Below, piece after piece: positions 59,343-64,000 of a DNA stretch of 64,000 bases (the first letter of the stretch is position 1; each line of letters starts with the position of its first letter). The position numbers were made by a program, and so were the translations under genes. Below the pieces are notes generated by a model. It was not told the origin of the DNA, made no database searches, and saw only the letters and a list, made by a program, of their open reading frames with translations. Source of the stretch: Candidatus Zhuqueibacterota bacterium (GTDB lineage: Bacteria > Zhuqueibacterota > Zhuqueibacteria > Zhuqueibacterales > Geothermadaptataceae); the NCBI GenBank assembly GCA_030950365.1, contig JAUZRQ010000072.1:64847-128846 (forward strand). The letters run 5' to 3'.

Positions 59343-62342
59343 TCAGAGCTGGAAGCGCAACCCAATGCTCCAGCGAAATTTCCGCGCGGGCTCGCCCGGC
59401 AGCGGATGGCTCAGCCAGATCGGGAAATCATAGCGCACCAAAAACCGCGAATTGAAAATTGGCAGAATGCTGTTGGCGCGTCCATCCATCAGGATCGTAA
59501 AGCCGGCGTCGGCGCGCCGCAACCGTTCTCCGGCTACGGTGTTCATCCAGCCCCTGTCGTAGAACGCGCCGATGTGAAACGGAACCATCGGCATCCGGAA
59601 GCGCAACTCGGCGGTGCCGGCCAGCAACGACGTGCCCGAAATTGGCTGGTTCACATAGCCTCGCACATTGCCGCCGCCGGCGCGGTAAATAGGGCCCCCG
59701 TAGTTGCTGCCTTTGGTCTGCGTGGCCTCATAAATCCAGCGTTCCAGCGGTGAGGCGCTATCGATGTAGAATTGATCCTGCAGCGGCGGTGTGCCGCCGA
59801 ACGCGCGGCCGGCAAAACCACGGACGTGTAACACCACCGGTCCGAAGAAGCGGGTCAATTCACCTTCCAACTGCAACCGGCGGTAATCGAACGCGCCACC
59901 GAGCCAAGGCGTGGACAGAGCCAATTCCGCCTGCCAGTAGCTGAGCCAGTTTTTGCCGCGCGGATCCACCGAATAGCGAAAATACAGCCGGTTCAGCCGG
60001 CCTTTATGCCACTGCTGAAAATAGGCTGTTTTTTTGCCCTGTTTGATGCGCAAAATGCCGTACTCGGCGTCCAGCAATTGCAGGTGCTGTACGCCGAGGG
60101 CGAATTTGTGAAACGGTGGCCGCGAAAGATAAGAACTCTTCACGAAATACAATTCAGCGCGCGCTTCCAGCCGGCCTTCGCGCTTCTGCAGCCGGAGTGC
60201 GTAGCGGGCCTGATTGGACATCCCGCTCAGGGTGTTGTCCCATTCGAGGCGGCCGTCCACGACGTTGGAGCGCAAACCCACATAGGCGGCCACGCGAAAG
60301 CGGCGGTACAGCCCCCTGTAGCTGCCACGGATTTGTCCGCCCAGCCGCAGGCCGTCCGGATCGTTGTAGCCGATCGACGGCCGCCAGAGCAGCAAATACG
60401 CATTGCGGGGCTGGTAAAACGCATCCTGAAGCGGCAGGTCGAAACGCCACTCGAACCGAGCATGGCCGTTGTCGAGCAGATTGCGATCCAGGATGCGATC
60501 GCCGGGATCGAGGAGGACGCGTTTGGGTTTGAACGGCGTGCGGATGACCACCTCGCCGTTGCGGGCCTCGCCCTGCCAGCGAACCAGAAGCGAGTCGCCG
60601 TGCTCGCCGCGCAGCAAAATGTCCACCGGCATGCGACCGGTGCCGCGATTTTCGATAACCACGCGCGTTTCATACGTGTTGTCGGGCCGGTTTTGCGTTT
60701 TGACTTCCTTCAGCGCGTAATCAATCACCGGCGTTTGGTGCAGCCATTGCTCGAAAAACCAGCCCAGGTCCTGTCCGCTGATTTCCTCGCAAACCGCCCG
60801 CAACCGCTGTTCGTTCACATGCTTAAATTGCCAGCGGCGGTAATACTCGCTCATGATGCGCTCGAAAGTGACATCGCCCACCACATACCGCAACAGTTCG
60901 AAAAACATGGCCCCTTTTACGTAGGCGTTCACCGTGTAGCTCATGGGGTCCTTCACTTTATGCGCCGGCGTGGCGATGGGCTCGTCATGACCGGTGCTGG
61001 CGTACATGAGCAGAAAATTGGTGTAGAGCTGTTTCAGAGTCGGCAGGCGGTACCAGCGCGCCAGTTTGGGGAGCCGCTTTAAAATGGCTTCTTTGTTATA
61101 ACCATATTTGCCATAGCGGTTTTCCATGTACCACTTGGTCTGAAAGGTGGTCAGACCTTCATCCAGCCAGGGCTCTTCCAGCTCGTTGTTGGCCAGAATG
61201 CCGTAAAAATAGATGTGCCCCACCTCGTGAAAAATGAGAAATTCGCCGGCCGATTGCAGCATGACCAGCATGGGATATTCCATGCCGCCGCGCAGCAGGC
61301 CCTGCACCAGGGTGACCTGCGGATACGGATACGGACCGAACTTTTCTTCCAGCCAGCCCAGCACCGCCCGCGTGTGGCGGATGGCATCGGCTTTCCAGTC
61401 TTTCCACGATTTCGTACGAAACAGCACGTGGATAGGAATGGCTTTATAGTCGCCGCGCAGATACACAAAATGGGCCGAGGCGTTCCAGGCGAAGTCATGG
61501 ACTTTTTCGGCGCGAAAGGTGACTGTGCGCGGACCGGTTTGCAACGCGCGCTGGTACAAAGCCACGCGTACGGAATCGTGCCAGGCGCGCAATTCGTCTT
61601 TCGACCAGCTCGTATCGGCCTGCACCCACTGCCAGCCGGGATCGCCGGCCACAGGCACGCCTGTGGCCGCCACAATGAAATTGCCAGGCACGGTCAGGCT
61701 GACCTCAAACTCCCCGAACTCGCCATAGAATTCGCCCAGCATGTGCATCGGCTCGGCATGCCAGCCTTGATCATCGTAAACCGCGACTTTCGGGTACCAC
61801 TGCGCCAGGTCGTACTGTCCGTCGCGGTGGCCCATGCGCTGATAATGTTTGCGGATTTTCAAGGTGAAGTGCAGCCGCAGCGACAGCTCGGCGCCCGGCG
61901 GCAATGGCTCGGGCAGCGGGACTTCCAGAACGGTATCTTCGACTTTGTACGCCGTCACCGGCAAATCCGTCTGCCCATTGATGGCCAGAATCTCAAAACT
62001 ATCGATGCGGATCCAGCCGCGCTCGTGTTTTTTGAGCCCGGGCGGCATGAAAAATTTTGCCGCTTCGCGCATGGCTGTGGTTTCATCATTGTTGAACGCA
62101 TTGGCATAGAGCAGGAGATAAAAATGACGCAGCGTGTCCGGAGAATGGTTGGTGTAGCGGATGAATTCGAATGCCTGCAACCGGTGCTGCGTGGTATCCA
62201 GCTCGGCTTCGATTTTGTAATACACGTGCTGCTGCCAGTAGGTATCCTGAGCCAACGCCGGCCATGTAGCCGGATACAAGCACACAGCAACCCACAGGCA
62301 TGCATGCAACCTTCCCAATCGCATGTTTCGCATTTCCTCCAA
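59343..62342 (-). CDS. M1-like zinc metallopeptidase fused to a C-terminal Omp85/BamA-type (surface antigen) beta-barrel
   Basis: Signal peptide ...WPALAQ. GGMEYP exopeptidase-like motif. HEVGHIYFYGILANNELEEPWLDEG is HExxH-x18-E. The C-terminal ~370 aa carry alternating-strand patterns and GGGNVRGY, GTAELRFRMP and GAFYDRGW blocks typical of Omp85 barrels, ending in SIGLRFQL. The ORF opens with a TTG at 62342. The ATG codons at 62333 and 62324 are more likely starts. Confidence 0.75.
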   Translation of the reverse strand: MEEMRNMRLGRLHACLWVAVCLYPATWPALAQDTYWQQHVYYKIEAELDTTQHRLQAFEFIRYTNHSPDTLRHFYLLLYANAFNNDETTAMREAAKFFMPPGLKKHERGWIRIDSFEILAINGQTDLPVTAYKVEDTVLEVPLPEPLPPGAELSLRLHFTLKIRKHYQRMGHRDGQYDLAQWYPKVAVYDDQGWHAEPMHMLGEFYGEFGEFEVSLTVPGNFIVAATGVPVAGDPGWQWVQADTSWSKDELRAWHDSVRVALYQRALQTGPRTVTFRAEKVHDFAWNASAHFVYLRGDYKAIPIHVLFRTKSWKDWKADAIRHTRAVLGWLEEKFGPYPYPQVTLVQGLLRGGMEYPMLVMLQSAGEFLIFHEVGHIYFYGILANNELEEPWLDEGLTTFQTKWYMENRYGKYGYNKEAILKRLPKLARWYRLPTLKQLYTNFLLMYASTGHDEPIATPAHKVKDPMSYTVNAYVKGAMFFELLRYVVGDVTFERIMSEYYRRWQFKHVNEQRLRAVCEEISGQDLGWFFEQWLHQTPVIDYALKEVKTQNRPDNTYETRVVIENRGTGRMPVDILLRGEHGDSLLVRWQGEARNGEVVIRTPFKPKRVLLDPGDRILDRNLLDNGHARFEWRFDLPLQDAFYQPRNAYLLLWRPSIGYNDPDGLRLGGQIRGSYRGLYRRFRVAAYVGLRSNVVDGRLEWDNTLSGMSNQARYALRLQKREGRLEARAELYFVKSSYLSRPPFHKFALGVQHLQLLDAEYGILRIKQGKKTAYFQQWHKGRLNRLYFRYSVDPRGKNWLSYWQAELALSTPWLGGAFDYRRLQLEGELTRFFGPVVLHVRGFAGRAFGGTPPLQDQFYIDSASPLERWIYEATQTKGSNYGGPIYRAGGGNVRGYVNQPISGTSLLAGTAELRFRMPMVPFHIGAFYDRGWMNTVAGERLRRADAGFTILMDGRANSILPIFNSRFLVRYDFPIWLSHPLPGEPARKFRWSIGLRFQL

Positions 62343-62549
62343 TGACCTTTACGGTGGCGGGCTGGCCGATCTTGTCATCGGTACTTCCATTCGTATCCTG
62401 TAATTGAGATATACGCCCACAAATACTGATTTATGCGTCAAAAGTTGCATCCCGATTTTTACTTCTTGATTTTTGTCACGCTATTCTCTATAATGATCTT
62501 CGTTAAAAAACAATGTTTTAATCTCAAAATCAACGGAAAAGGATGACCC

Positions 62550-63248
62550 ATGCGGCATATTCTCTGGATTCTTGCGGTTATTCTGAGTGTCGGGTTGATG
62601 GCCTGCAGCAAAAACAATGAACAGAAGAGCGGCGAGAAGGCCGCCGGGGCTCAGAAATCTTCGGCCCCGGAGCGCAAACTGTTGACGGCCGAGGAGATTC
62701 AAGCCAAAATTGCTGAAGTGAAAAACGCGCCGGATGAGCCGGTACAGGATGACGAGGTGGCGGTGATCGAAACCTCGATGGGAACCATCGTGTTTCAATT
62801 TTACCCCGACGTGGCGCCAAAACACTGCGCCAATTTCAAAAAGCTGGCCAACCATGGCTATTACGACAACACCCTGTTCCACCGGGTGATCACCGGCTAT
62901 CTCATCCAGGGCGGCGATATCCTCTCCGCCGATGAGGACCCGGCCAATGACGGCACCGGCACGCCGGGCTATTCGCTTCCGGCCGAATTTTCAAACATCC
63001 ACCATGGCCCGGGCATTGTATCCATGGCCCGCAAACCCACCGGTCCGAATACCGCCGGCTCGCAATTTTTTATTTGCCTGACCGATCTGCCGACGCTGGA
63101 TGGACAGTACACGGTGTTTGGCAAGGTCATCGAAGGCATGGATGTGGTCAATCGCATCGGTTCGGTGAAAACCGGTTTCAAAGACCGGCCTCTGGAAGAC
63201 GTGGTCGTCTATCGTGTTCGCGTGGTCAAACGGGATAAAGTGATGTGA
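62550..63248 (+). CDS. Cyclophilin-type peptidyl-prolyl cis-trans isomerase, lipoprotein
   Basis: Lipobox GLMAC|SKN. GTIVFQFYPDVAPKHCANFKKLANHGYYDNTLFHRVI..YLIQGGD and GSQFFI blocks. Confidence 0.9.
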   Translation: MRHILWILAVILSVGLMACSKNNEQKSGEKAAGAQKSSAPERKLLTAEEIQAKIAEVKNAPDEPVQDDEVAVIETSMGTIVFQFYPDVAPKHCANFKKLANHGYYDNTLFHRVITGYLIQGGDILSADEDPANDGTGTPGYSLPAEFSNIHHGPGIVSMARKPTGPNTAGSQFFICLTDLPTLDGQYTVFGKVIEGMDVVNRIGSVKTGFKDRPLEDVVVYRVRVVKRDKVM

Positions 63249-63250
63249 TT

Positions 63251-64000
63251 ATGAACAAGCTCGGATTGGTATTCCTGACCATCGGGCTGTGGCTGGCATC
63301 GGCACAGGCACAGCCGACCGCAAAAAAGTACTGGATTTTCTTTCGTGACAAGGGGCCGGCGGCCCTGGCCAAAGGGGCCGAAGTCTACCGGAAAGCCGCG
63401 GCGCAGCTCACGGAGCGCGCCATTCAGCGGCGGCTAAAGGTGCTGCCGCCGGAGCGGCTCATCGATGAAGCCGATCTGGATGTGTATCCCGGCTATCTTA
63501 GTGAACTGAAACGACAGGGGATCCATCCGGTGGTGGTGTCGCGCTGGCTCAACGGCGTGAGCGCGTACCTCACTCTGAAGCAAATGGCCGCGGTGCGGGC
63601 GCTGCCGTTTGTGCGATCGGTGCAGCCCGTGCGCAAACTGGCGCCGCCGCCCATGCCGAAAACGCCGCCAGCAAAAGCGCCAAAACCAACAAAGCCGGCG
63701 GTCCACGTTTACGATTACGGGCAGGCCCTCACCCAGGTGAGCCTGGTCAACGTGCCGCCGCTCCACGATGCCGGGATCGTCGGCGAGGGCGTCATCGTCG
63801 GCATGCTGGACACCGGCTTCAACTGGCGCGAGCATCCGGCATTTCAAGAACTCAAGGTGCTGGGCGAGTATGATTTCGTGTTCAACGACAGCACCACGGC
63901 GGATGAAAAGGATAAAGACCTGCCCGGAGCGCATAGCCACGGCACCGCCACGCTGTCGGTGATCGGCGGTTACGATCCCGGGGTGCTGATTGGCCCGGCG
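63251..64000 (+). CDS. S8-family (subtilisin-like) serine peptidase, N-terminal part (runs off the window)
   Basis: Absent from the ORF track because it has no stop. My translation reads MNKLGLVFLTIGLWLASAQAQP..., followed by an inhibitor-I9-like propeptide, the catalytic Asp in VIVGMLDTGF, and His in HSHGTATLSVIGG. It starts 3 nt after the PPIase stop. Confidence 0.8.
   Translation, partial: MNKLGLVFLTIGLWLASAQAQPTAKKYWIFFRDKGPAALAKGAEVYRKAAAQLTERAIQRRLKVLPPERLIDEADLDVYPGYLSELKRQGIHPVVVSRWLNGVSAYLTLKQMAAVRALPFVRSVQPVRKLAPPPMPKTPPAKAPKPTKPAVHVYDYGQALTQVSLVNVPPLHDAGIVGEGVIVGMLDTGFNWREHPAFQELKVLGEYDFVFNDSTTADEKDKDLPGAHSHGTATLSVIGGYDPGVLIGPA

Noticed and set aside
1-64000. Microcompartment shell genes (BMC-H/T/P), toxin-antitoxin pairs, restriction-modification, CBASS, retron or Gabija-type defence genes, transposases, and rRNA.
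   Set aside because: I read through all track ORFs of 60 aa or more and found none with the relevant motifs. The two methyltransferases are small-molecule or protein-type class I enzymes without a partner nuclease.

Overview
This is a moderately GC-rich 64-kb chromosomal segment. One protein ends in a T9SS type-A sorting domain, which points to a T9SS-bearing, FCB-type bacterium. GGAGG Shine-Dalgarno sites are common, so it is probably not a classical Bacteroidia member. I cannot place it more precisely. I call 45 protein genes (two cut by the window edges), two tandem tRNA-Lys genes, one TPP riboswitch with a terminator expression platform, a few intrinsic terminators, and eight copies of non-autonomous MITE-like repeats from two related families that share a terminal core. 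The content falls into three groups. Housekeeping genes are pruA, thrB, pyrE, pyrF, coaBC, nadE, dacB and fbp. Signalling genes are a PAS/GAF hybrid kinase, PilZ, GGDEF, a cNMP-binding/transglutaminase fusion, a LytTR regulator and an FHA protein. Envelope or secreted peptidases are two M1, one M28-PDZ, one M20 and one S8. I saw no rRNA, CRISPR array, transposase, integrase, phage genes or recognisable classical defence genes. Six items seem most worth a second look. (1) A same-strand cluster at 35986-40337 encodes a pseudo-receiver LytTR regulator, a cupredoxin lipoprotein, and two proteins that share a CX4CH cytochrome-c-like module, one of them fused to a DUF5777-like beta-barrel. (2) An acylating aldehyde dehydrogenase and PduL pair carries C-terminal tails resembling microcompartment encapsulation peptides, but no shell genes are in the window. 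(3) A TPP-riboswitch operon encodes a TonB receptor, thiamine pyrophosphokinase and an SSS permease. (4) An M1 peptidase is fused to an Omp85-type barrel. (5) A cNMP-binding domain is fused to a transglutaminase core. (6) MITE insertions sit exactly on stop codons. All functional calls rest on motifs I recognise by eye. No database search was run.
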